Positions 17,847-27,228 of a DNA stretch of 64,000 bases are shown piece after piece. Made by a program: the position numbers and the translations under genes. This DNA comes from Minisyncoccota bacterium (GTDB lineage: Bacteria > Patescibacteriota > Minisyncoccia > Phycocordibacterales > UBA2100), in NCBI GenBank assembly GCA_022842645.1, contig JALHPE010000001.1:71711-135710 (forward strand). Reading direction: 5' to 3'. Position 1 is the stretch's first letter. Every line of letters starts with the position of its first letter. The notes beneath the pieces are model-generated. The model saw only the letters and a list, made by a program, of their open reading frames with translations. It was not told the origin of the DNA and did not search any database.

Positions 17847-19178
17847 GTGGTGCAAATTCAGGAAAAAGACATTCAGACTGACGCCGTCGGACTTCCGGTT
17901 CCGACCGCTGTTTTTAATGTTGCAGTGATTGGCCTTGGTTACGTTGGACTTCCGCTTGCACTTCTTGCAAGCAGAAAGGGTCATCGGGTTATTGGCATTG
18001 ACATCAGCGAGCGAAAAATCGCGAGCATCAGGGGCGGTGTATCACCTTTTTACGACGAAAAAATACAAAAACACTTGGACGCAAAACCACTCGACGTGGA
18101 CACAAATTTTGCCCGCCTACGCGAGAGTGAGATTATCGTTGTCTGCGTGCCCACACCAGTACATGAAGATCATCTTCCCGACCTCACCCCTCTCTCGGGT
18201 GCGTGCGAATCAATTGCGCCACATTTAAAGAAGGGTTCGCTTGTCGTAATTGAATCAACGGTGAATCCGGGTGTATGCGATACGATCGTGATACCTGCGC
18301 TTGAAAAGCATTCGGGACTCAGGGCGGGCGTGGATTTCCTTGTCTCCCACTGCCCGGAGCGCGTGAACCCTGGAGACGAACGCTGGAGTGTCGAGAACAT
18401 CAATCGTGTGGTGGGGTCACTTACGCCCGAGGGATTAGAAAAAACACTTTTTTTCTACCGCTCTATCGTGCGCGGTGAGGTTCGCCCCATGGGATCCCTT
18501 AAAGAAGCCGAGGCGGTGAAGATTGTTGAGAACACGTTTCGTGACGTGAATATTGCATTCGTGAACGAACTCGCACTTTCGTTCGATAAGCTCGGGATTG
18601 ATGTCGTCAATGTTATTGAAGCAGCTTCCACAAAGCCATTCGCCTTTATGCCACACTTTCCCTCGTGTGGCGTCGGCGGTCACTGCATTCCGGTTGATCC
18701 GTACTACCTGATCGAAGAAGGGCGGCGCAATGGCTTCGAACACGAATTCCTTTCACTCGCGCGCTCAATCAACAATCGCATGCCAGTGCACACCGTAAAT
18801 CTCCTTGCGCGCACTCTTGAAGAGCACAACGAAGAACTTCGAGGCGCACGCATCGCGGTGCTTGGCCTTGCATATAAATCTGACATCGACGACACGCGCG
18901 AGAGCCCTGCGCGCATCATACTCAAAGAACTCACCGTGCGTGGCGCAGAACCTGTTCCCTACGACCCGTTCGTAAAAGGCGAGGGCGCTGCATCTCTCGA
19001 AGAAGCACTCAAAGGCGCACGCGGGGCGATTGTCGCTACATCACATCGCGCCTTCCGCTCACTTTCACCTGAAGATTTCCTAAAACACAACGTGCGCGTC
19101 GTGATTGATGGTAAAAACTGTCTCCCTAAGCAGGTCTTTCTCGACGCAGGTATCCACTATCGCGGGATTGGGCGCTAA
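17847..19178 (+). CDS. Nucleotide-sugar dehydrogenase (UDP-glucose / UDP-N-acetyl-mannosamine 6-dehydrogenase family)
   Basis: AVIGLGYVGLPLALLA N-terminal Rossmann fold and a central catalytic Cys region. The true start may be an internal GTG near 17925. Confidence 0.85.
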   Translation: MVQIQEKDIQTDAVGLPVPTAVFNVAVIGLGYVGLPLALLASRKGHRVIGIDISERKIASIRGGVSPFYDEKIQKHLDAKPLDVDTNFARLRESEIIVVCVPTPVHEDHLPDLTPLSGACESIAPHLKKGSLVVIESTVNPGVCDTIVIPALEKHSGLRAGVDFLVSHCPERVNPGDERWSVENINRVVGSLTPEGLEKTLFFYRSIVRGEVRPMGSLKEAEAVKIVENTFRDVNIAFVNELALSFDKLGIDVVNVIEAASTKPFAFMPHFPSCGVGGHCIPVDPYYLIEEGRRNGFEHEFLSLARSINNRMPVHTVNLLARTLEEHNEELRGARIAVLGLAYKSDIDDTRESPARIILKELTVRGAEPVPYDPFVKGEGAASLEEALKGARGAIVATSHRAFRSLSPEDFLKHNVRVVIDGKNCLPKQVFLDAGIHYRGIGR

Positions 19179-19182
19179 CCCA

Positions 19183-19211
19183 TATGTGGGACTTACGAAG
19201 TCCCACATATA
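19183..19211. repeat. REP-like palindrome, family A copy 1 (stem atatgtgggact/agtcccacatat, loop tacga)
   Basis: 12-bp perfect stem read from the sequence. The same core recurs inverted at 41801-41825. Confidence 0.7.
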
Positions 19212-19253
19212 GAAATCGTGCGGAAAACACGTTTTTAAGGTAGTCTTGCGAGA

Positions 19254-20399
19254 ATGTTTTCCTTCAAAATACTCAAACGCTCAAAAAAGAGCCGGGCGCG
19301 GCTTGGGGTGATTTCCACGCCGCACGGCGAAGTGGAGACTCCCTCGTTCATTCCTGTTGCAACGCGCGCCACCGTGCGCACACTTGATAGCGATGAAATC
19401 GCGGAAGTGGGTTCGCAGATGCTCATTGCAAACACGTATCACCTTATGGTGGCTCCGGGAGAAAAGACAGTCCAAAAAGGCGGCGGTGTTCACGGTTACA
19501 TGCACTGGAAAAAGCCGCTCATGACTGATTCGGGTGGTTTTCAAGTGTTTAGCTTAGGGTTCGGACGCGATCACGGTGTTGGAAAAATTCTGAAAGACGA
19601 GAAAGATCGTCATATTGAGGGTGGTGCCCAACCGGTTTCAGTGAAGATCACGGAAGAAGGTGCACACTTCCGCTCCCCCATCGACGGTAAAGAACATTTT
19701 CTTTCCCCCAAAGTATCTGTAGGTATTCAGGAAAAACTTGGTGCAGACATTATCTTCGCGTTCGACGAATGCCCTTCCCCACTAGCAAACGAGGAGTACA
19801 TGCGCCGCTCGCTGGAAAAGACGCATCGCTGGGCGCAGGAATCGCTTGACGCACGAAAGAACGCGAAAAAGCAGGCAATGTATGGCATTGCGCAAGGTGG
19901 TGCTTTTAGACATCTGCGCAAAGAAAGTGCGCGCGCAATCGGAAGCATGGAGGGATTTGAAGGATTTGGTTTTGGTGGTGAATTTGGTTACGACAAGAAA
20001 CAGCTTGGGCGAGGTATTGCTGAAGTGGTGGATGAACTGCCGGAAGGAAAGCCCCGCCACGTGCTCGGCATTGGTCACCCCGAAGATTTCCCTATCATCG
20101 CAAAAAGTGGCGGCGACACGTTCGACTGCATTGCGCCGACACACTATGCGCGTCGCGGTGTCATATTTACGTCGAAAGGCAGGATTGACTTGCGCAAGCC
20201 TCGTTTTCTCAAAGATTGGAAGCCCTTGGATAGCGCGTGTAAATGCATGATCTGCAAAAACTATTCGCGCTCGTACGTTTCGCATCTTCTGCGCGGCCAT
20301 GAGATCACCGGCCTCAAACTCGCCACCTATCACAACCTCTTTTTCTTTAATGCTCTTGCGGCAACAATGCGCAAACGTATAAAAAATGGTGATATTTGA
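19254..20399 (+). CDS. tgt: Queuine tRNA-ribosyltransferase
   Basis: Conserved Tgt N-terminal region and a C-terminal zinc site CxCxxC...H (CKCMICKNYSRSYVSHL). ATG verified. Confidence 0.9.
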   Translation: MFSFKILKRSKKSRARLGVISTPHGEVETPSFIPVATRATVRTLDSDEIAEVGSQMLIANTYHLMVAPGEKTVQKGGGVHGYMHWKKPLMTDSGGFQVFSLGFGRDHGVGKILKDEKDRHIEGGAQPVSVKITEEGAHFRSPIDGKEHFLSPKVSVGIQEKLGADIIFAFDECPSPLANEEYMRRSLEKTHRWAQESLDARKNAKKQAMYGIAQGGAFRHLRKESARAIGSMEGFEGFGFGGEFGYDKKQLGRGIAEVVDELPEGKPRHVLGIGHPEDFPIIAKSGGDTFDCIAPTHYARRGVIFTSKGRIDLRKPRFLKDWKPLDSACKCMICKNYSRSYVSHLLRGHEITGLKLATYHNLFFFNALAATMRKRIKNGDI

Positions 20400-20473
20400 T
20401 GTTGCGAATAACTTGCTTTTTGTTTTAATGGTTGTATAATAAATGCAGTCTCCACCAGCAGAAAGGATCGCCA

Positions 20474-20776
20474 ATGGCGAAACGAAGCAAGTCCAAAAAT
20501 CCAAAACCTTCCAAAGACCCCCGCATGGACAATGCGTACATGGCGTGGGTCGACGATGTGCGGCGAGCGGTAAAAACGCTCCTTGAAAAGAGCGGGAAAA
20601 CGCCACGCGAGGTCGCAACCGATGCGAAAGTATGCTTCACAACGTTGAAGAACTTCGTGAACGGTAAGACCATGGCACCGCGTGCGGATACCCTTTTCGG
20701 GCTCACGCATGCGCTCGGGATCCCGTTCGGGGTTCCAGAATCGTTTAAGAGAAGACACAAGATCGGAGGACGGTGA
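20474..20776 (+). CDS. Small basic protein with a possible XRE-like HTH
   Basis: ATG at 20474 preceded by GAAAGGA. Lys-rich N-terminus, then a helix-turn-helix-like segment. Confidence 0.4.
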   Translation: MAKRSKSKNPKPSKDPRMDNAYMAWVDDVRRAVKTLLEKSGKTPREVATDAKVCFTTLKNFVNGKTMAPRADTLFGLTHALGIPFGVPESFKRRHKIGGR

Positions 20777-20831
20777 GACAACAGCGACAGCTGTTTTACT
20801 TCGGCGCGAAGCGTAAGCTTCGCGCCGATCT

Positions 20832-22322
20832 TTATTCAGCTGATCCCATTTCAAATCCCACAATCACCTGCATACCGGGCTTCAAGCGGTCATCTGGCTT
20901 CGGAAAACTAATTGTTGCTTCGAAAACAACGATGCCATCCTCGTCTTTCTTCCCTACTGCGTCCATTTCCTTCACTACACCGGGAACTGAAATGTCGGTT
21001 CCTTCTACTGACACAAGCACGCGGGTACCCACATTCACGCGCGCAGCTTCCCCTTGCATGAGGGTGATGTGCACGTTCTCTTCGCTTGCAACAAGGAGCG
21101 CAACAGTCTCGCCGTCATCAACATACTGCGCCGCGCGTTTGTCGAGACGTGCAATCGTGCCCGCAAATGGTGCATGCAATTCATAGTATGCAAGACGCGC
21201 CTGTGCTTCTTCAAGAGCGAGTTCGGCGCGCTGTATTTCAAGCGCAGCGCTCTCGGGGGATGAGACTTCGATCGACGCTTCACCGCTCAAAACTGCACGC
21301 GCCGCCTCCACCAAAGAACGCGTACCGCCTACGATACTTTCTTGATCGCGCACCTGGGCACTATAATTTGCCAAAGACTCTTCGTAGATTTCAAACACTG
21401 ACGGGGCGGCATACCCGAACGACCCACGGTGTTTTTTTATAAATGAAAATAATTCTTCGGTCGCATCGAAAGCATTTCCCAGCGTTTGAAGCATCTCATG
21501 AGTCGTGATGATAAGACGTTCTCGCTCAGAATCGCTTGGATTTGGTTCTCTATGAAATAATGCGAATGCGGACTCGTACGCACGCTTTGCTTTAATATAT
21601 TCGTCTCCGGCACGCGCAATGAGGGGACTAATCGCTTCATTGTCAGCCTCAATAGTGCCCGCGTGTGCCATCAGATAATCACTTTCGTCTCCAAATCCTC
21701 CTCCGCCGTAGAGCATGCCCGAGAGTCCCGAAACCACGTCGGGAAGAAGAGGGAGTATGCCGGTAATTTCTTGGTGTCCTTCAATGAGCGCAATCCCAAG
21801 TTGCGCAGATGCCTCGTTGCGTGTCGCAGAATCAAGAGAAAGTGCAGAAACAGCGGCACTTGCATTCAAGCGCGCAGAAAGTCGCGCGGCTGCAAGAGAT
21901 ATCTCTGCAGAACGCACCAAACGACGCATATCGGTATCATCAAGACGCAGAATGACGCCATCCGCGTCGACAGAATCACCAACGCGCAGCGTTTCTTCTA
22001 TAACTCCGCCAGTATGCACTGAAAGCGCAAGCTCGCGCGCCGACACAACCTCCCCTTCCACAGAAATACCGGAAAGGACGATGGGGTTTTCTTGAATAAC
22101 TACCGACCCACTCACTGCCGCAAGGAGTGCCGAACGGAGCGCGCCAAGATTTTCAGCCCCGGCGAATGCATATACCGTCCCCACTCCAAAAACGCCAATC
22201 CCAAGAGCCACTGCCACACGAGCGGCGTAGGTGATATGCGCATAGCGATCTAAAAGGTTCTTTGCCCTGATACCGAATGCACGCCCTTGTTTCTGAAGCG
22301 CTTTAATGTGTGGGAGCCGCAT
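20832..22322 (-). CDS. HlyD-family membrane-fusion (periplasmic adaptor) protein, orphan
   Basis: N-terminal helix, a long coiled-coil, and a C-terminal beta-barrel-like region. No ABC or RND partner is adjacent. Confidence 0.6.
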   Translation of the reverse strand: MRLPHIKALQKQGRAFGIRAKNLLDRYAHITYAARVAVALGIGVFGVGTVYAFAGAENLGALRSALLAAVSGSVVIQENPIVLSGISVEGEVVSARELALSVHTGGVIEETLRVGDSVDADGVILRLDDTDMRRLVRSAEISLAAARLSARLNASAAVSALSLDSATRNEASAQLGIALIEGHQEITGILPLLPDVVSGLSGMLYGGGGFGDESDYLMAHAGTIEADNEAISPLIARAGDEYIKAKRAYESAFALFHREPNPSDSERERLIITTHEMLQTLGNAFDATEELFSFIKKHRGSFGYAAPSVFEIYEESLANYSAQVRDQESIVGGTRSLVEAARAVLSGEASIEVSSPESAALEIQRAELALEEAQARLAYYELHAPFAGTIARLDKRAAQYVDDGETVALLVASEENVHITLMQGEAARVNVGTRVLVSVEGTDISVPGVVKEMDAVGKKDEDGIVVFEATISFPKPDDRLKPGMQVIVGFEMGSAE

Positions 22323-22426
22323 AAAAGGGGCTCTGCGCTTTGGTTTCCTTCAGCCTATTCTCTCCTTTAATAGACTCGGGCGATATGCGAAACCTGTGGA
22401 TAGCGTGGGGATTATATTTATAAAGA

Positions 22427-22458
22427 AGTACCCGGACTACCTAGTCCGGGTACTTTTT
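22427..22458. terminator. Bidirectional intrinsic terminator (12-bp stem agtacccggact/agtccgggtact, loop acct, T-runs on both sides)
   Basis: Read from the sequence. It overlaps the stop codon of the 96-aa minus-strand gene. Confidence 0.65.
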
Positions 22459-22747
22459 AGACGCCACATTCGCCATTCCCCTCGCGTCCTATTCGGGAAA
22501 AAAGTTCGAGGAGCTCGAGTGTAGGCGAACGACCGCATTCCCTGTTCGGAAACACCCGGCTTCGGAACGGGAAATACTGCTCTATGTTTTTCAACGTAGA
22601 AACTATTTTGAGTACCTCCAACACAGACAGAATATCGTTCTCATCATCAACGGGCGTGTTTTCGATGAGCGTAATCCAACGCCCATGTATCTCTCGGCTG
22701 ATTGCCCATCTTCCGCCCACAATGGGTGGCAAGTATCTCTCGTCCAT
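22457..22747 (-). CDS. Hypothetical small protein (96 aa)
   Basis: ATG verified, with an AAAGGAG Shine-Dalgarno 7 nt upstream and a terminator immediately downstream. Confidence 0.5.
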   Translation of the reverse strand: MDERYLPPIVGGRWAISREIHGRWITLIENTPVDDENDILSVLEVLKIVSTLKNIEQYFPFRSRVFPNRECGRSPTLELLELFSRIGREGNGECGV

Positions 22748-22902
22748 TCTGTACTCCTTTCAAAGAACGAAAAGAGCCCGCTTGAAGGCGGGCTCTGGTC
22801 TGGATTTTTGTGTTAGTGTCCAAACCGCAACCCACCTTCCGGGGCTTCGACGAGGACGAGTACAGTTGCACATGTCATAGAATGTTTATATCACAAAACA
22901 GA

Positions 22903-23139
22903 TTATGCACCAGGGTGGTGCTGAGGACCCTCATGCTTCACTTCCACACGTGGCGCGAGTGGGACAATGAAAAGCGCGAGGATGTAGGCGATAACCCCAG
23001 GGAAAACGCCGGTGAAGATAACAATGAGAAGCCACGCGAGGCGAATTGCAGTTGCGTCCACGGAGAAATACTCAGCAATCCCGCCGCAGAGTCCCGCGAT
23101 CATCTTGTTAGTCTCTGAGCGATAGAGCTTTTTCTGCAT
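22903..23139 (-). CDS. PspC-domain membrane protein
   Basis: [25 protein letters not shown] is the PspC domain signature. A terminator hairpin lies downstream at about 22765-22790. Confidence 0.75.
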   Translation of the reverse strand: MQKKLYRSETNKMIAGLCGGIAEYFSVDATAIRLAWLLIVIFTGVFPGVIAYILALFIVPLAPRVEVKHEGPQHHPGA

Positions 23140-23143
23140 ATAC

Positions 23144-23578
23144 TTATTCTATGCCAAATACTATCTTTGTACACTCGGCCTGATCGTGCACAAGCGGCAT
23201 CGCTAATGACTCTTCAGGAGTGACCCACTGAAACGCCTGATGCTCAGTAGGGCTTAGTGCGATCGCAGGCTCTTCTGCGGCGGAAAGTGTGAACATGTGG
23301 TACTCAAAGTCCTTCCCTGCATGCCGCACAAAAATCGAATCACAAAGCGTAAGGTCGCGCTCATTCACCTCCAGACCTGTTTCCTCACGCAACTCGCGCA
23401 TCATTGCATGCACAATACTCTCCTGCGATTCTTTTTTTCCTGCAGGAAGTCCCCACAAGCCACCGTTTGGCTTGTGTTCATGGCGATGCAGAAGTAAGAA
23501 ACGACCGTCCCATACTACAAAACAACCAACAACATCAACTTCTTTATTGAAATCACTTGGAGGTGCCCGAAAAAGCAT
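23144..23578 (-). CDS. NUDIX hydrolase
   Basis: Nudix box [27 protein letters not shown]. Confidence 0.8.
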   Translation of the reverse strand: MLFRAPPSDFNKEVDVVGCFVVWDGRFLLLHRHEHKPNGGLWGLPAGKKESQESIVHAMMRELREETGLEVNERDLTLCDSIFVRHAGKDFEYHMFTLSAAEEPAIALSPTEHQAFQWVTPEESLAMPLVHDQAECTKIVFGIE

Positions 23579-23580
23579 AT

Positions 23581-24633
23581 TTAGCCGAGCACTTGCGAGA
23601 GTGAGTGCGGGTGATTTTCTCGGAGAGATGTCGCTGAAATCCGAATGAACTCTGCGCGCTTCTGGAATTCCGTAACCGTTTTTGCACCGACGTACCCAAA
23701 TGAAACTTGGATGCCACCGACGAGCTGTTCGACCGCCGACGTAAGCGTACCCGTGTATGGCACGAGCCCAGCAACACCTTCGGGAATAATCTTCTTTGAT
23801 TTGCCGAGATAACGATCGTTGGAAACTCCTTTTTCAAGCACCGCACGCGAGCCCATCCCGCGGTATTCTTTAAATCGCCTCCCACCGTGCGTTACTAACT
23901 TCCCTGGCGCAGCATCGGTGCCCGCAAGGAGATTCCCAAGCATCACAGCAGAGGCACCTGCGGCAAGCGCTTTTGCAATATCACCCGATGTTCGGATGCC
24001 GCCATCAGCTATGACTGGAACGCCGTGCTTTTTTGCAACGCGCACGACATCCATGATGGCTGAAAGTTGCGGGACGCCGACGCCGGAGACAATTCGCGTC
24101 GTACAAATAGAGCCGGGGCCGATGCCCACTTTTATACCATCGGCAAACTTCACTAATTCACGCGCGGCCTCCGCGGTCGCAATATTCCCCACAAGGAGTG
24201 GCACATTCCCGATCGCGTTTTTAATCTTTTTTGACCCTTCGATCACATTTCTGTTGTGGCCATGTGCAGAGTCGACCGCGATAACATCCGCCCCCGCCGC
24301 AACGAGGAGCCTCGCGCGCTCGATATCAAATGGTGAACAGGCCGCGCCCACGCGGACACCTGCTTTCTTTGCCCTCTTCACCATACTCTCTTCTTCCGCG
24401 GCAGTATTTGAACGATGAAGAATGCAGAGCCCACCGAGTTTTCCGAGCGCAATTGCCATGCGCTCCCCACTCACCGTATCCATCGCGGCCGAGAGTATGG
24501 GAATATCAACAAAAAATCCGCATGCAATCGCGGTTTTCGTTTCTGCTTCGCGCGGCTCGATAGAACTCGCCGCGGGCTTAATGAGAACATCATCAAACGT
24601 TAATGCTTCACTATGAAAAATCCGTATACCCAT
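23581..24633 (-). CDS. IMP dehydrogenase / GMP reductase family protein lacking the CBS subdomain
   Basis: [12 protein letters not shown]-terminus and the catalytic loop [11 protein letters not shown] in a TIM barrel of about 350 aa. Start is ATG 24631-24633. Confidence 0.8.
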   Translation of the reverse strand: MGIRIFHSEALTFDDVLIKPAASSIEPREAETKTAIACGFFVDIPILSAAMDTVSGERMAIALGKLGGLCILHRSNTAAEEESMVKRAKKAGVRVGAACSPFDIERARLLVAAGADVIAVDSAHGHNRNVIEGSKKIKNAIGNVPLLVGNIATAEAARELVKFADGIKVGIGPGSICTTRIVSGVGVPQLSAIMDVVRVAKKHGVPVIADGGIRTSGDIAKALAAGASAVMLGNLLAGTDAAPGKLVTHGGRRFKEYRGMGSRAVLEKGVSNDRYLGKSKKIIPEGVAGLVPYTGTLTSAVEQLVGGIQVSFGYVGAKTVTEFQKRAEFIRISATSLRENHPHSLSQVLG

Positions 24634-24662
24634 GTGCAAGTGTAGCATGGGCACATACATGG

Positions 24663-25460
24663 TCAACTCACGGTTTCGGCGCTGTAGCGAGCGAGGAGGC
24701 CGGTGCGCACCGCGCGGCGGTACGTGCGGTAAAGCACGAGGTACGCAAGTGTGCAGTAGAAAAACGCGAGCAATATTCCTGGGATGAAATATGAGAATGA
24801 GACACCTCCCCCAGCTAACACGGTACGGAGTCCTTCAAACACATACGTCGAAGGTAATGCTGTTGCAACTACTTGCATCCACTCGGGCAACACAGTGATT
24901 GGATAAAACACACCCGCAAACGGCGCAATAATCGCGGGAAGCGGCCAAATAAACCACTCTGCGGATGGGCCAAAACGTAACACAATGGCAACGCCGAGAA
25001 TGCCGAGTGCGATACCCAAGAGAAACAGAGTGATAAGAAATGGAAACGCTGCGGCACCGTAGGAAAGAATGGAGAAATCAAATACGACACTCGCAAACAA
25101 GATAACCGCAGCAAAACTGATCGTCGTCGTAGCAATCGATGATGTGATCATGCCGAGCACATATTCAAATAGTGAAAGTGGTGAGGCAAAAATATTCAAG
25201 AAATTACGCGACCATACATCTTCGAAAAACGTGATGGTGACACCGTACATCGCGCGCACCAAAAACTCCCAGAGAATAATGCCCCCGAGAAACGCCACCG
25301 CAAATTGCGCCTCCGCAACATCGGCAAGATAGACGCTGATGAATCCCCAGAGCGTAATTTCAAGGAGCGACCATACGAAAAGCTGCGACAGTCGTGTGGG
25401 ATTGTGTCGAATAAGGTAATACTGCCTGAGGAGGATTCCTGAGATACGGGAGAGAGGCAT
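24663..25460 (-). CDS. ABC-2 type transporter permease
   Basis: Six hydrophobic helices. ATG at 25458-25460 lies 1 nt after the ATPase stop. Confidence 0.7.
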   Translation of the reverse strand: MPLSRISGILLRQYYLIRHNPTRLSQLFVWSLLEITLWGFISVYLADVAEAQFAVAFLGGIILWEFLVRAMYGVTITFFEDVWSRNFLNIFASPLSLFEYVLGMITSSIATTTISFAAVILFASVVFDFSILSYGAAAFPFLITLFLLGIALGILGVAIVLRFGPSAEWFIWPLPAIIAPFAGVFYPITVLPEWMQVVATALPSTYVFEGLRTVLAGGGVSFSYFIPGILLAFFYCTLAYLVLYRTYRRAVRTGLLARYSAETVS

Positions 25461-25461
25461 A

Positions 25462-26196
25462 TTATTCAGAGAGCGAAAGTGGCTCGCGGGCGACGGTGAT
25501 AAAGAGTTCTTCAAGGTCTTTTTTAGCATACTCACCTGGAAGCGTACGCGGATCGCCCTCAAGGAGCACTGCGCCGTGAGAAACGAAGAGCACGCGGTGA
25601 CAAACCTCCGTCACCTCGTGCATATTGTGAGATGTCCATAACACAGCTCCCCCATTCTTTGCATACGTACGGATTTTTTCTCGCACAAGCTGCGCAGACG
25701 ACGGATCGAGTGACGCAGTGGGCTCGTCAAGAAGAAGAAGTTTTGGTTCATTGAGAAAAGCTTTTGCGAGTGCGACGCGCGTTTGTTCTCCGGAAGAGAG
25801 AACTCCCGCTTTTGTGTTTCGAAAACGCACAAGATCCATTTCTTTCAGCACGTGTTCGATACGATCTCTCAGATTGCGCACGGAGTAGATTCTTCCAAAC
25901 ACATTCATATTTTGCTCGACGGTGAGGTTCCCCGGAAGCTGCGCATAGACCGCCGCAAAGTTGGTAGCGTTTAGTGCCGCGGTGCGCTCAGTCTGAACAT
26001 TATGTCCATCAATGGTGATCGAACCTGCGCTCGGCTCGAGAATGCCGAGAATCATGCTGATCGTCGTTGTCTTTCCTGCACCATTTGGTCCCAGGAGACC
26101 AATGATTTCCCCTTTCGCAACGGTAAAAGATACCCCCCGAACCGCTTCGGTCTCGCCGTAACGTTTCTTGAGATCCGTAACTGCGAGAACAGACAT
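25462..26196 (-). CDS. ABC transporter ATP-binding protein
   Basis: Walker A GPNGAGKTT, signature LSSGEQ, Walker B LLLLDEP. Confidence 0.85.
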   Translation of the reverse strand: MSVLAVTDLKKRYGETEAVRGVSFTVAKGEIIGLLGPNGAGKTTTISMILGILEPSAGSITIDGHNVQTERTAALNATNFAAVYAQLPGNLTVEQNMNVFGRIYSVRNLRDRIEHVLKEMDLVRFRNTKAGVLSSGEQTRVALAKAFLNEPKLLLLDEPTASLDPSSAQLVREKIRTYAKNGGAVLWTSHNMHEVTEVCHRVLFVSHGAVLLEGDPRTLPGEYAKKDLEELFITVAREPLSLSE

Positions 26197-26205
26197 CGAT
26201 ACATT

Positions 26206-27195
26206 CTATCTCAAACGCTTCGTTCGAACGAGTTTCCAGTGTTCACCTGCACCAAAAAGAAGGAGGAGCACGACTGCCGCAAAGTGCGGCACATGCCCTG
26301 CAAGCTCAATTGGACCGAGCAAGAAGAGCGGTATGCTGAAGAACACCGCAACGACAAGTGCGTTTAAGCGGGTAACAATCCCGAGTATGAAGATGAGTCC
26401 GAAAAGCGCTTCAACGGAACCCGCAGAAAGTACGAAGAGGTAATCGCTATATCCAGTAAATCCGAGGTGCTGCATGAAATTCCAATCATATTGTTGAAGA
26501 AAATTGGCACCAAATTCAGGAGCGAGAATTTTTTCAGTAAATCCTAGAACGAGGAGTGTTGCGCCCGTGCCAAGCCGAAGAAGCGGAAGAGCATAGGAGT
26601 GATAGGGTTTTGCGAGATGTGCAAGAATACGTACTTTTACAATACTGAAATAGTCGTTCCCCATGATAAAAATGAATGCGGCACTTCCAAGTACCCAGAT
26701 GTCTTCGAGCATAGGCACGAGCCCAACCGCAAAAACACACAAGAGCCACAATCCCCCGAGAAGCAACGCACTCACGCGCGCGAAGATGCCGAGAAGAAAT
26801 GAGAGTCCGAGCACAAACTGAAAAATAATAAGAACTGGCGGGATGCCGTCTTGATGAGAGAGATTGGGCGAAAAAAGATAGTCGTGTGTCGCAGCGATCA
26901 TGAGGAATGAACCAACAACCATGGAGAAGGTTGAGGCCGCGCGCTCAAAAGCATGCGACGCCTTCGGTCGTAGGAAATTAAACTGAAATACCTGCTTGTG
27001 CTCGAGCCACACACCCACGGCGACAATGAATGCCGCTATAAGCGCCCACACGGTAAGATAGAGCGCGGTGGGTTCTGTTGTTGTAAGCGGCGCAAGCGAT
27101 CCGTGCGCAAACCAACGCGTGTGTGCGAACGCAAATCCTGGCAGTATAAGGACCGAGAGCGCGAACAAAAGACGCATGTGCCCATTCTCGCGCAT
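26206..27195 (-). CDS. Polytopic membrane protein of unknown function
   Basis: About 9 hydrophobic helices. ATG at 27193-27195, with an alternative at 27177. Confidence 0.5.
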   Translation of the reverse strand: MRENGHMRLLFALSVLILPGFAFAHTRWFAHGSLAPLTTTEPTALYLTVWALIAAFIVAVGVWLEHKQVFQFNFLRPKASHAFERAASTFSMVVGSFLMIAATHDYLFSPNLSHQDGIPPVLIIFQFVLGLSFLLGIFARVSALLLGGLWLLCVFAVGLVPMLEDIWVLGSAAFIFIMGNDYFSIVKVRILAHLAKPYHSYALPLLRLGTGATLLVLGFTEKILAPEFGANFLQQYDWNFMQHLGFTGYSDYLFVLSAGSVEALFGLIFILGIVTRLNALVVAVFFSIPLFLLGPIELAGHVPHFAAVVLLLLFGAGEHWKLVRTKRLR

Positions 27196-27228
27196 TTTAG
27201 GCTTTGGTGCTTGTGGTATGTGTGGAAA

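Noticed and set aside
20773-21442. Plus-strand ORFs (137 aa, 118 aa) opposite the HlyD-like gene
   Set aside because: Antisense to a coiled-coil-rich coding region, with low-complexity Ser/Thr/Arg-rich translations.
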